IMG/VR virus record: IMGVR_UViG_3300022214_000002
Direction: 5' to 3' (one strand)
Length of the DNA: 40,363 nucleotides
From: a virus
Position numbers and translations under genes: made by a program. Below the pieces are notes generated by a model. The model had not been told where the DNA came from. It saw only the letters and a program-made list of their open reading frames with translations, and ran no database searches. Position 1 is the first letter of the stretch. Every line of letters starts with the position of its first letter. Of the stretch, positions 16,401 through 25,269 are shown in pieces.

Positions 16401-17011
16401 TGAGCGGAGACTTTTTGCTGTTCCTGTAGGGCAGACTTAGTTGCTTGCTTTTCGGTGGCTACAGCCTGATCTACGGAGACCGACCGTCCAACTGCCTTTT
16501 CGGCTGCGGTGACTCCACCTTTAGCAGCCCTGGCAGCAACACCAGCCCCAAGGGCTAGGTTCAACGGGTCGGTTGCCATCTCCACAGCAAAGTTGACTGC
16601 GGCCTTCGGACGCTGAGCCACGATGGAGGCAGCGGCTAAGGGTGCCTTATACCACGGCCCATCGAACAGTTCGGCTTCCATTTGCTTGGTAAACTGTTCA
16701 TCCTTAAGGCCGGTAATGTCCTCGCCTGTGGCTTCCTTCTCAGGTTTCCCTACGAGGGTTCCCCTGAAGTGTCCGGCAACCTTCTCATAGGCATCGATCG
16801 CCGCTCCGATCGGGCGGATTACATAGTCCATGATCGGTTTCGTGGCAGACGATCCAGCCAATGCCGAACCAATCTGTCGAAGACTGAGATGTTCCTGGTG
16901 TCGGACGTTGCCGATCTGGTTGGCTTCAGCAGGACCCACCATCGGACGGATCTGATCAAGTTCTTCCTCGCGTGTGCGTCCCGCTGCGTAGTCGTCCCAA
17001 AGGTCTGCCAT
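13412..17011 (-). CDS. Large internal virion / DNA-ejection protein (gp16-like position) with an embedded ParB/Srx-like domain
   Basis: 1199 aa, the last gene before the fibres as in T7. Residues ~250-326 read IPTNQIDL...DGRYQPVSGNGRLAGAGRAGVTELHADV. Confidence 0.7.
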   Translation of the reverse strand: MADLWDDYAAGRTREEELDQIRPMVGPAEANQIGNVRHQEHLSLRQIGSALAGSSATKPIMDYVIRPIGAAIDAYEKVAGHFRGTLVGKPEKEATGEDITGLKDEQFTKQMEAELFDGPWYKAPLAAASIVAQRPKAAVNFAVEMATDPLNLALGAGVAARAAKGGVTAAEKAVGRSVSVDQAVATEKQATKSALQEQQKVSAQVQAGKEPGGPEPVLPKPGEQNTLESVNRDRHFDLAAADPNLKFEGAKTIPTNQIDLAHDMTSPEGVASALKYESKFKQGEAVDRLVLEQKPDGRYQPVSGNGRLAGAGRAGVTELHADVFVPKKGGVEVPKATPPQVTLTNTTDIKQTVLPGFGRSVRQKEGLPEPTGPDAYAVPDPAQQTMIFKKVMDVEDWHKRALVKLDLASHGDKDMTARARVLLDQHLVTPWSIKSGARLEPSAKSGFKPHEFKEQDYIAASAAVEASFAEDFSKFAKAYQANPSSAKLEELMVKLTGAKEVTSALMADAAKHGAALRAEKTRQRPVVQAMESMIKDLPPGTTPERMVEMFNSLSEPAQKSEFVKGLMGSIKGAKGNLLGIYLNSILSSTAGLGVFVGNFTAGAALLGTKLAEKRMAAMFSADILPNEAGIQAWSFVKSYSDLASAAYKNKKGLPLTETEAQVSKEFQERSKKAVARWRGEDPIRNISGPKLTGSDTVFEWGVDALTRVLNFPSFIIGNGDAILGFAVKQSAMEAAAYREAMFQAQAAQRVGKALSDKEFAKMVADRRQELMRNPDTKVMHEGNLTPLSQIGEHEADLINMMKEIRGGPIGGVIQAKTENSLAFRMLVPFFRVMYNSSAEAIYRNPVLGLVSPKNVSDFLAGGERRAMAMARVGMGAMVATSAAALTGAGVLVSDGPADPAMRRVYRMDQANKPGIHIGDTVIPYEKLGSQGQLLRTVANMAYMLPRIDNEDAARQWTLAISGTLASAFTDVRVAKDLHDLVGALSMRDEKGMVKFIEELPAKMVPYSSMLRQIVQQVEGHVTAAEGPLGNITNTIPGFNKIPYYNEAGELSEVPDWRSWSGLGKQFGWTPIPTTDPLKQQVYAQLEKDQNHITGPARTQSPHVQLPVDAYMELRRLYGNMEVGGKTVFQSLNELQSMPAFQKGTNGPNGSKQDMISSVTTAYKTAAWNTLLGQRENGQLKWKDLVDDVEKAQRFKAGRP

Positions 17012-17012
17012 G

Positions 17013-17474
17013 TTATTTCCTCTTCGTCATGGAACGATAGATGCGTTCCAGGTTTGGAAAGTGATTTGCGTTGAGTCCGGATGGATCGTTGTCCACCCCA
17101 AGAGGGGCATAGCCCCGACTGCTCGACTCTTTCAACCCTAGGGCTTTCCCACCCCAGGAAAAGTACTGCAAGAACTCAGGAAGATATTTTCCACTTGAAT
17201 CGACTGGGGGTCTGCCCATCTCTTGCTGGAACCTATCTTCCGTGAGCTTGACTTGGTTCGCGGCTCCCATGAACTGAGCCTTCATTCCAAACCATCGTTT
17301 ACTGCCCACACCAAACCCCAGTTCATAGCCCGTCTTGCCTTGTTCTGTTAAGGCCAGAGCAGACAACAAATCAGGATCACTCACCTGTGCCTGTTTGGCG
17401 TAGAATTGGAGGGTGTTGGCTGCAGAGGGACGAAGGAATTTCTGTCCTTCGCTTTCAAAAAATAAGTCACTCAT
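17013..17474 (-). CDS. Internal virion protein (153 aa), function unknown
   Basis: ATGA coupling within the internal-protein block. N-terminal FFESEGQKF weakly recalls the catalytic ES motif of lytic transglycosylases; not supported further. Confidence 0.55.
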   Translation of the reverse strand: MSDLFFESEGQKFLRPSAANTLQFYAKQAQVSDPDLLSALALTEQGKTGYELGFGVGSKRWFGMKAQFMGAANQVKLTEDRFQQEMGRPPVDSSGKYLPEFLQYFSWGGKALGLKESSSRGYAPLGVDNDPSGLNANHFPNLERIYRSMTKRK

Positions 17475-19213
17475 GGTTTACCCTTCATGACGGGATCGAC
17501 ATAGAGTCTGATCATCTCACCCAGCTTGGTGTGCATGGCATCTCTGCGTCGTTTCTCTGACGTGTCGAACTGTTCGTCTGGTGCACCAGCTTGTTGAAGA
17601 CTGTGCAGTGTCAGGTCGTTGTTCTTGAGCGAGTGCTGAAGGAGCGTCGTATAGAGAAGCTTCTCAGCCTGCGGAAGATCTGACTTGTTGATGTTGTCCA
17701 GGGCTTTGACGTGGACATCCATCCAGTCCATACCGGAGTTCTTGGGAGGCACAAACCGCTTCAGCGAATTGATCACATGTGTTGCATCCTGTTGGAAGCT
17801 GTCTTCCATCGTCTGTGTCAACTCACCCGTAAAGCGCATGACTTCTGACATAGGATCTAGAGAGTCATATCCTGTGTTGTTCTTTCGTGCTTCTTCTGCT
17901 TTCTTTTCCATCCGGATACGGAATTTGGTTAACTGCTGTTCTCCTGCCGAGTCCACAATGCCCAGCTTGTTGAACAGTGGGTTCTTCTCACCCACCCACG
18001 CGGTGGCAAACTTCATCGCGTCTTTATATCGAGACTCGTACCGTCCATAGGACTTGTCGAGTCGTTGCTCATTCTTCTCGATCAACTTATTGGTCAAGGC
18101 TTTCTTGTCACTGAACTCGACATTCGGATCAGCCATGATGTTGTCTATCGTAATACCGGCCTTCCCGTCAATGATCCCGTTCATGATACGCGCATAGACT
18201 TGAGGATCTGTAACCGTGCCTTGTCGTGCGGCATTCTGTAGACCGTCGTGGAGATGCTTCAGGGCTGTTAACTTCTCGCCATTAATCAGGGTACGCGAAG
18301 CGTCCTTGTTGGCAAGGCTCACGACTTCGTCGTAGGCTCTGAGATCTCCACCAATCATGCGCGTGGCATACTCGGTGTAGGTTTGCTCTACCCGCTTGGA
18401 AGCGGTGTGCATTGCCTGGGTCTCTTCCTGTACGACTTGCTGATGATCGAAGTTCAGTCTTGCTCTGGCAATCCCGACGAGTGATTCCCTCGCCTTGGGA
18501 TCGAGCTGGAACACGTCCTTCTGCTCACCATCAACATCTATCGTCAGGGCTTGCCCCTCGAACACCGTCTTGAGCATCGTCTGAGGATCTTTGTAGGCGA
18601 TTCGTTCAGCCACGGCTAATGCGAGTTCGTTAGACAACTGAGTCTTGAGTTCTGCTTTGTTTGGAAACCATGCCTCAGGCAGATTGTCAGCCTCACTCAA
18701 CATTTCCTTCACCTTGGCTGAGTACTCAGGGCTCCCTGGGTTCAGCGTCGCGGCATCCCGCTTGATCGTATCAAGCTGTGCCCTGAGGTTACTCTTCTGT
18801 CCCTCGATATGCGAGGCTGTGTAGTTCGCAATGTGCTGCGAGGCATGGCTTGTAACGAATCCCTGCATCTTTTGCTGGTACATACCAAAGGCACGGGCAG
18901 ACATACTTTCCTGTGCCTTCGCCCCCCTTTGCGATAAGGTATCCTGTGAAAGCTTCAAAACAGCCTTGCCCTTATCAACCGACGAGAGGTCAGGATTAGC
19001 CTGCAGTGCTGAGAGTTCAGCCATGTAAGCTAACTGGTCATCGTTGACGGCTGACAAATAACTCGACTGGTCCTCTAAGTCTTGTATGGATTGACCCAAC
19101 TTAGCTAAGACATCTCCTGCCCCTTCTGAAGTCAAGCCCGATCTGAACGGTGCCGACAACGAGAGATTCGGTGGCAAGTTGCCTGCGATAGTGGGCTGTG
19201 ATAGCTGCGGCAT
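17471..19213 (-). CDS. Internal virion protein (580 aa, alpha-helical; gp15-like position)
   Basis: AAGGAG upstream. Position and size match podoviral internal core proteins. Confidence 0.65.
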   Translation of the reverse strand: MPQLSQPTIAGNLPPNLSLSAPFRSGLTSEGAGDVLAKLGQSIQDLEDQSSYLSAVNDDQLAYMAELSALQANPDLSSVDKGKAVLKLSQDTLSQRGAKAQESMSARAFGMYQQKMQGFVTSHASQHIANYTASHIEGQKSNLRAQLDTIKRDAATLNPGSPEYSAKVKEMLSEADNLPEAWFPNKAELKTQLSNELALAVAERIAYKDPQTMLKTVFEGQALTIDVDGEQKDVFQLDPKARESLVGIARARLNFDHQQVVQEETQAMHTASKRVEQTYTEYATRMIGGDLRAYDEVVSLANKDASRTLINGEKLTALKHLHDGLQNAARQGTVTDPQVYARIMNGIIDGKAGITIDNIMADPNVEFSDKKALTNKLIEKNEQRLDKSYGRYESRYKDAMKFATAWVGEKNPLFNKLGIVDSAGEQQLTKFRIRMEKKAEEARKNNTGYDSLDPMSEVMRFTGELTQTMEDSFQQDATHVINSLKRFVPPKNSGMDWMDVHVKALDNINKSDLPQAEKLLYTTLLQHSLKNNDLTLHSLQQAGAPDEQFDTSEKRRRDAMHTKLGEMIRLYVDPVMKGKP

Positions 19214-19221
19214 AGTACTCC

Positions 19222-19755
19222 TTACATGGCAAATGCTTTAGAAACAGAAGTGAGTGAATCTTGAATGGCTTTACTTTGAGCCATCTTGTTCTGTCTGCGA
19301 AGTTCTTCTTGCTTGTACTTATTGAGATTCACCTGGTTCTGTGCTTGTATCTGCACACGAAGCTTGTCGACCTTGGACCGTGCTATAATTGCGGCTGCTC
19401 CGTTGACGATACTCGCGCTATCGGCAGATACTCCACGCGCTCCGGCTCCAGCAATAAAATCACCAGACATAATACCAGCACGTATATCGATATCCCGTTT
19501 AACTTGCTTTTCGGCAATCAATACCATCTGTGTGTTGTTTTCGAGGATGTTAATTTCAACCTGTTGCTGTCGTTGAAACTCTGCCATCCTACCAAAGCTG
19601 GCCGCAATATCGCTGAACATGCCCATGGCCTTGGTAGCCATACCGGCTCCCAAACCGCCCATACCACCAGCCATACCAGCAGAGGCACTTGCTCCGCCTG
19701 AGGCCCCGCCCATACCTGCAGACAATCCCGCTGCAGACAGTCCTTCTCCTGCCAT
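19222..19755 (-). CDS. Internal virion protein (177 aa, Gly/Ala/Met-rich N-terminus; gp14-like position)
   Basis: TAAATG junction with the upstream gene. Low-complexity GMGG repeats followed by a coiled coil. Confidence 0.6.
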   Translation of the reverse strand: MAGEGLSAAGLSAGMGGASGGASASAGMAGGMGGLGAGMATKAMGMFSDIAASFGRMAEFQRQQQVEINILENNTQMVLIAEKQVKRDIDIRAGIMSGDFIAGAGARGVSADSASIVNGAAAIIARSKVDKLRVQIQAQNQVNLNKYKQEELRRQNKMAQSKAIQDSLTSVSKAFAM

Positions 19756-21909
19756 TTAATCACCTGTCTCCACATGCTGCACCGCCGCAAGGATCGAAGA
19801 TCGAAACGGCAGTGGTTGTGTGATAATCACGGTTTCATTCCACCCGATATCTGGCGAGAACGTCAGATCGGTTTGTTCTTCTGACGGAGCACTCCCCATC
19901 AAGTCTTCTGTCGAGCGTGTGTAGTTGGTGGAGTTACCCACCGTCAACCCACGGCTTTCGTTTACTCGAAGAGTTACAGTAGTTGTTCTGATTCTACGTC
20001 CTACCGTAGTGCCATCCGCAAATTCACGGTGAGGTAAGAACAGCTCGATCGTCGGTGTCTCTCGTTCTAACCCGATATGGATCGTCGTCACAGTAGGATC
20101 AAGGGGCTCTAACAGAGCGGCCCCTATCACCGTCTGGCTTGGGTACGTCGCATCGTCACCCACAATCATGACTTCCTCACCCTCAAGGTGATGGAGACCC
20201 GACGTAACATTCGACACTGCACTGTTGAAGGTTGTTTTTATGGCACAGTCGAGCTGAACTTCAGGGTCGAAGTACTCGACAAACTTTCTTGTCGTTCCGT
20301 TAATTGTTCTCTGAGCAATCACCCACACGTCGTCGTCACCAGTCGTCTTAGTGGCGCACACGCTCTTGAATAGACCATTCGTCGTGCGTCGTGCCCAGGC
20401 GTTGATGTTCTGTTCTGACAAGAGTGCGATTGCAATCAGTACACCGTCGTTACGCACAACCCAGACTGTCTCGTTTGGTTCTGACTGGTAGGCGAGCTGT
20501 GCCATCCCACCACCTTCTTTAGCCAACCTGTTCGCCAATAGAGAAATGTCAGGAGCTATGTACTTGTCGGCTTCAACGCTGAACGACACCCGCCTGAGTT
20601 TCTTTCCACCACGTTGCATAAAGACGATCCCTGACGAAGTCTCAACCGCATCGCGTGGCTCGCTCCCGTGGTTAGCTTGTGGCCGTGCAAAGACTGACGT
20701 AGGAGTAATCCCGCCGTTATCTGAGCCGGTAATCTTAAACAGCTTTCCCGTTGTTCCAACTACCAAGAGATCGTCTGCTGCAAACCATCGAATAAGGTTC
20801 GCTGTCTTTGTCGAGATGTCGTACTGAAATCCATAACTACTGTCTTCTGGGGTCGCCATATCGAAGTTCGTAAACTGTCCGCTTCGACTACCTGAGAACT
20901 TCTGATCAAGGCCGACGACAAGTCGGTTCTCATGAAAGGTTCCGGCTTCCGGATATCCCTGAGCATCGCTCCACTGTCCTTTTGACCAGTCTGTCGTAGC
21001 CACGTTCACACACGTCTTCGTAATGACTCCGTTGGCGTGTGTACTGTTGATGACTCCTGTGGTGTTGATCCGCACAACCCCGTTCGCTATCCTGTAATGA
21101 ACCCCGTTATCATCGGCTGTAAAGACAGCGCCACTTGCGACTACCTGCACGTTCGAGTTGACGGTAGTTCCACCTGGGGTGAGCGTTGTCGCCGACTCGT
21201 TTGTGTCACCAAACGGTACGATCTGCCATAGTTCTCTGGCTAACTGAAACGTCGTCGCAGTTAGGCGAGTGAGTTTGTACGTAGGGTAGTTACGATGAAA
21301 CAAAAACATCGTGTCGGCATTCTGTGCTACTCGAACATTACGAACATCTGCTTCAAGCCACGGAGCAGTCAGCTCATAAATGCGCTTGGCTGTCCCACCA
21401 GAGATGTAAGCATTCGTGAACGTACTCCCTGCTAGCGTGAACTCGTTGGCTGTTGACGCAGTCACAACCCAGTCGCCATTCGCTTCATGTGTCCCAAGGA
21501 CTCCACTGATCACAACATACTCTCCGTCACTAAACCCGTGAGATACGGCAGATATGCGGACGAGTCCTCCTCCGTCGTCTTGCACGTCTGTAATCGTAAC
21601 AGAGTTTGCTTCGATACGGGCATGCTGTGTAAAGAATCGAAGATAGGCATTCCCCATTTCGATCGCGTAGGTTTGATCAGCACTGAACTCAAACGGGAAG
21701 AGGACCTGATCCCCATCCTCATGTCTGACGGGTGCTGCCATTAAGGTTCCTGGTGCGGTGTAGACACCACCATGTGGTTGAACAAGCCAGTTCACCATGC
21801 TCCTAACAGCCATGTTGTATTGAGGAAGATCAAAGCGTCCAGCTAGATCCTCACTCCACTCTCCACCTGTAAAACTTGTTTTTGCATGGTACCAGCTTGG
21901 AACTGCCAT
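19756..21909 (-). CDS. Tail tubular protein B / nozzle (gp12-like)
   Basis: 717 aa. N-terminal FTGGEWSEDLAGRFDLPQYNMAVRSMVNW...APGT is typical of podoviral nozzle proteins. Follows the gp11-like gene. Confidence 0.7.
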   Translation of the reverse strand: MAVPSWYHAKTSFTGGEWSEDLAGRFDLPQYNMAVRSMVNWLVQPHGGVYTAPGTLMAAPVRHEDGDQVLFPFEFSADQTYAIEMGNAYLRFFTQHARIEANSVTITDVQDDGGGLVRISAVSHGFSDGEYVVISGVLGTHEANGDWVVTASTANEFTLAGSTFTNAYISGGTAKRIYELTAPWLEADVRNVRVAQNADTMFLFHRNYPTYKLTRLTATTFQLARELWQIVPFGDTNESATTLTPGGTTVNSNVQVVASGAVFTADDNGVHYRIANGVVRINTTGVINSTHANGVITKTCVNVATTDWSKGQWSDAQGYPEAGTFHENRLVVGLDQKFSGSRSGQFTNFDMATPEDSSYGFQYDISTKTANLIRWFAADDLLVVGTTGKLFKITGSDNGGITPTSVFARPQANHGSEPRDAVETSSGIVFMQRGGKKLRRVSFSVEADKYIAPDISLLANRLAKEGGGMAQLAYQSEPNETVWVVRNDGVLIAIALLSEQNINAWARRTTNGLFKSVCATKTTGDDDVWVIAQRTINGTTRKFVEYFDPEVQLDCAIKTTFNSAVSNVTSGLHHLEGEEVMIVGDDATYPSQTVIGAALLEPLDPTVTTIHIGLERETPTIELFLPHREFADGTTVGRRIRTTTVTLRVNESRGLTVGNSTNYTRSTEDLMGSAPSEEQTDLTFSPDIGWNETVIITQPLPFRSSILAAVQHVETGD

Positions 21910-22511
21910 TATCGAACCTCGTCTAGTGTGGACGGAGTATAATCCTCTGTCGTCCCTTCTTGCCCATCAACGCTTCGTGCAGCCATGAGGACTTCTTTGA
22001 ACTCATTTCGTGCTTCCGTCTGTGCATCTGTCTTGCCGGTAATCTGGCGAGCAATGTACATCTTCAGCATCTTAGAGAAAGCCATAACGAAATTTATAGA
22101 GAAGACTTGACTATTTGAGACTCTGTAAATATACTTGATGTCAATGGGCGGGGCTAAGTCAGTGACGATGACTCTGTCGTCATTCTCTGCTGCTACTTCA
22201 GCTTCCCACGCATCATTGACTTCATATCCACCCTTGCCAATAGCAATGACTCGTAGGCAATTCGTCGGATAGGTGTAGGCATACTTATAACCCCAGGCAG
22301 GAGCCGTAGCACGGGCTGCTTGATTGGCGACACGTTTGATCGCAAAGTTCCACTTGTGTGCGACGAGTGTTTGCTCCAAGGCAAGGTCGTAGTATGTCAA
22401 AATAATTGAGGCTGACGAACTTCCATCTGATGGAAAGAGACTGCTCACACGGGACTGTCCTAGCTCGGACAACGCCATGTTGGCAATGTTAACGGGTGTG
22501 ATTGCGGCCAT
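21909..22511 (-). CDS. Tail tubular protein A / adaptor (gp11-like)
   Basis: 200 aa. VNIANMALSELGQSRVSSL...LVAHKWNFA pattern and position between the capsid genes and the nozzle. Confidence 0.65.
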   Translation of the reverse strand: MAAITPVNIANMALSELGQSRVSSLFPSDGSSSASIILTYYDLALEQTLVAHKWNFAIKRVANQAARATAPAWGYKYAYTYPTNCLRVIAIGKGGYEVNDAWEAEVAAENDDRVIVTDLAPPIDIKYIYRVSNSQVFSINFVMAFSKMLKMYIARQITGKTDAQTEARNEFKEVLMAARSVDGQEGTTEDYTPSTLDEVR

Positions 22512-22526
22512 CGTAATTCTCCATGT

Positions 22527-22550
22527 GGGGGCCAGGTTATTCTGGCCCCC
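22527..22550 (-). terminator. GC-rich hairpin downstream of the capsid-proximal genes (attenuator/terminator candidate)
   Basis: GGGGGCCAG (22527-22535) pairs with CTGGCCCCC (22542-22550), with a 6-nt loop. Lies between the stop at 22563 and the GGAG RBS of the next gene. Confidence 0.5.
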
Positions 22551-22562
22551 CGTTGATCTACA

Positions 22563-23126
22563 CTATGCGAGGTAGTACCCAATCTGGAACGTAAGCCTGT
22601 CGCCAATGTCACCATCAAAGGTCCCGCCCCCGTTTGCGGCCTTGATGAACAAGGTCACTGCAGAACGCGAGTTCAGCTTCACCGTCCCAAGGGGGGAGGC
22701 AGTCGCACCAGCAGTGATCGAGGATTCGCCTGTCCCGAAGTAATGACGGGTCAGAGTCGAAGAGTTCCCAAGGTCTGCAAATGTGCAGATCCCGTCAGAG
22801 TCTTCGGCAACGTCCGTCCCATCAGGATTCTTGAACGCTCTCCATCCCAATTCGAGGTTAGCAGCGTCGCCAAGATCGGCACTACATTTGAAGTAGGTCC
22901 GCTTCAGGTCGATCGTAGCACCGGCAGGAAGGACACAGAGGTTGATTTCGTCGGTGTTGGCGACGGTAGAACCCGTTCCATCTGCAGCCACGAGAGTATG
23001 ATCAATAAACGCAACCCGCTCTTTTGCTCCCAACTCCTGAGGATCGAGACGATCCCGTGTCGAGTTGACAGCGACTTGGCGGTTATACAGCGTCGTTCCC
23101 GACGCACTTGAACCAGTACCAGCCAT
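22563..23126 (-). CDS. Beta-rich virion protein (187 aa); candidate capsid decoration/cement protein
   Basis: AAGGAG upstream. Immediately follows the major capsid gene and precedes the hairpin. No motif-level assignment. Confidence 0.55.
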   Translation of the reverse strand: MAGTGSSASGTTLYNRQVAVNSTRDRLDPQELGAKERVAFIDHTLVAADGTGSTVANTDEINLCVLPAGATIDLKRTYFKCSADLGDAANLELGWRAFKNPDGTDVAEDSDGICTFADLGNSSTLTRHYFGTGESSITAGATASPLGTVKLNSRSAVTLFIKAANGGGTFDGDIGDRLTFQIGYYLA

Positions 23127-23152
23127 TTTAGTTTCTCCTTATTTCAGAATGA

Positions 23153-24019
23153 TTACTCAGTGACCTGGTTTTCAACTACGAGAGCGTCTTCCACTCGAAC
23201 CGCGCCGTGCATGGTCTTCACGAGTACCTGCAAGGTGTTGTTCTTGTCAGCACGTTTGTCAACGCTCGCCTTCACGCGGACCCATTCGGCAAACCCTACC
23301 GCACTCTTGTGGAAGAGGTACGTACCGCGAACGTTTGCGCCGCTCACGATAGGCAACAAGGTAGACTTAATCCACGCCATGCCCAAGTAGTTTTCAAGCT
23401 GACCAGTCATCAACGCCATAAAGGGGTTGAAGTCACGGCTGGTAAACGTGCTGATGGACAGCAAGTCTTCCAAGCTAGCAGGGCTGTGCACATACACAAC
23501 CTGTGATGGATCAACTTCCACGTCCACATCATGCAACTTCTTCAACGAAGCAATCAGCTTCGCCAAGGTATTGCCTGAGGCAGTCGTTTCTTTCTGCGCC
23601 GCAGGAAGAGCCAACGAAGAAGAACCAGATTCATCATACGCAGCCGATCCTTGAAGGGCATTGATGATTGTCTGATCGATCCGTCGGTTCACGGCAGCAG
23701 CCGCAGCCACAGCCAATTCACTGGTGATGTCTTGAAGGACTTCGAGTTGATCCTCTTCGTCCACCGGATGCGCCCACGAGTAGTTAGCTTTGAACGCAGC
23801 CCGACGGCTCTTGTCAATGTCCACCCACTCTGTGTCGCCATGTCGGACGGTATTGGCAACCATGTTGCTCGGACCGATCCGATCAAAGAACTTTACTTTA
23901 CCCGTAAGGTTCGTCGCCTTGCGGACCCACATCTCTAACTTCGCCATCTTTTGCTGAGTCAGGTGATGGACGTTGTCACTGTAGGCTTGAACTCTCCATT
24001 GCTCAATTGTATCAATCAC
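23153..24019 (-). CDS. Major capsid protein
   Basis: QWRVQAYSDNVHHLTQQK...KFFDRIGP...RRAAF...NRRIDQTIINAL pattern and position after the scaffold gene. Start set at GTG 24019 (AGGTG 5 nt upstream). The track ORF extends to 24073. Confidence 0.8.
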   Translation of the reverse strand: MIDTIEQWRVQAYSDNVHHLTQQKMAKLEMWVRKATNLTGKVKFFDRIGPSNMVANTVRHGDTEWVDIDKSRRAAFKANYSWAHPVDEEDQLEVLQDITSELAVAAAAAVNRRIDQTIINALQGSAAYDESGSSSLALPAAQKETTASGNTLAKLIASLKKLHDVDVEVDPSQVVYVHSPASLEDLLSISTFTSRDFNPFMALMTGQLENYLGMAWIKSTLLPIVSGANVRGTYLFHKSAVGFAEWVRVKASVDKRADKNNTLQVLVKTMHGAVRVEDALVVENQVTE

Positions 24020-24152
24020 AATAACACCTATAACTAAAAACACGTTACAAACATATCGCCAGTTGTCCCACACTGTGGGGCCGACTTGCTCGTAAGTGAG
24101 CCTGACTCTCCTTGTCTTTCCAAGGCGTCATAAGGGGGTCGTAACCTTGTCC

Positions 24153-25007
24153 TTATTCTTTTGGCGCATAAACAATTTTACGTAGCTCGTTGACCATCGA
24201 ACACGCTGCAGCATGTTGAGGATGGGCACTATCATGGTACGCATGTTGTTTATTCGCCAGGATCTCGTCAACTTGGGTCTTGGCTTGTTCTCGCGTAGTA
24301 AACCTCGCGTTCGACTCACCTGTAACCCAACTGTCTTCATGAATAGCTTTGCCGATAGAGACAAAGGTATCGAAGAACGTCTTATCTGAATTCAACTGAT
24401 AATCGTGGATCGCCTTTACGAGGGCATCCCCACCAAACCGCTTTGCCACCCTGTTAGCTAGGATCGCCGCAGACTGGTACTGATCACCATAGGCATCTCG
24501 GATAGCTTTGTCCCGCTCTGCTGTAGTAGTCTGAACCGTCTGCTCGTAGTTCTTCACGTCTGCTGCCAGGATGTCCTGGTAGCCAGCAAAGATCGCCTGT
24601 GCTTGTTTCGGGTGCAGTCCTGCTGACCACACTAGATCACTCAGGGCTTTCACCTTGTCGTCAGGAAGGTACTGCTTGAGCTTATCATCCTTGACAGCTA
24701 GTCCGTACTTGTCTGACGTTTCAGGACGAAGCTTCCCGTAGAAGCTGTCCCAATCCTTTTGTTCTGACTTCTCACCAGGGATGCGGACGCTTCCGCCTAC
24801 CATCTTGTGAGCTTCGAGGGCTGACTTGTAGACTTCCGTTACTGGCTTTCCTTCAAAGCCTTTGAAGAATGGCTCCGTTGCCATGTCCTTCGGGAGAGTC
24901 GCCACGCTAAATGCGGGAATCTGTCCTTGCCCCTGTTGACTTTCGCTACCCTGGCTTCCGCCAGTCTGTCCACCTTCTTGACCCTGATTGCCTGCAACGT
25001 CACTCAT
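24153..25007 (-). CDS. Scaffolding protein (by position)
   Basis: Between the portal and capsid genes. Gln/Gly-rich N-terminus, helical remainder. ATG 25007 lies 8 nt after GGAGGA. Confidence 0.6.
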   Translation of the reverse strand: MSDVAGNQGQEGGQTGGSQGSESQQGQGQIPAFSVATLPKDMATEPFFKGFEGKPVTEVYKSALEAHKMVGGSVRIPGEKSEQKDWDSFYGKLRPETSDKYGLAVKDDKLKQYLPDDKVKALSDLVWSAGLHPKQAQAIFAGYQDILAADVKNYEQTVQTTTAERDKAIRDAYGDQYQSAAILANRVAKRFGGDALVKAIHDYQLNSDKTFFDTFVSIGKAIHEDSWVTGESNARFTTREQAKTQVDEILANKQHAYHDSAHPQHAAACSMVNELRKIVYAPKE

Positions 25008-25269
25008 ACAATTCATCCTCCATTGGTGACTCTTGATTGCCTGACGGCGGGAGTCCGTTCTCTAGTACATCGTGTATGTACAGAACGACATCCTGTGAGC
25101 CGAGTCTGTAGCCCATCTGTGTCTGTAGGTTTACGCTCTGGGATTGTACCAGGGCTTGGCTACGGTAGTTCACGTACAAATCCCGTAGCCATTCCAGTAC
25201 GACTTGACCCGACGGAGTACTAAAGGTTTCCCTTACGCAGTCTGTGATCAACTCGTTTGTGTACTTCAT
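25000..25269 (-). CDS. Hypothetical protein (89 aa)
   Basis: ATGA coupling to the portal stop. Confidence 0.6.
   Translation of the reverse strand: MKYTNELITDCVRETFSTPSGQVVLEWLRDLYVNYRSQALVQSQSVNLQTQMGYRLGSQDVVLYIHDVLENGLPPSGNQESPMEDELYE

Noticed and set aside
13952-17074. Multiple 60-130-aa + strand ORFs inside the 1199-aa gene
   Set aside because: They are antisense shadows of a continuous 3.6-kb CDS and have no start-site signals.
24128-24364. 78-aa - strand ORF overlapping the 3' end of the scaffold gene, and a 28-aa ORF starting at 24131
   Set aside because: The first is an alternative frame of the scaffold CDS. The second has no RBS and an implausible sequence.
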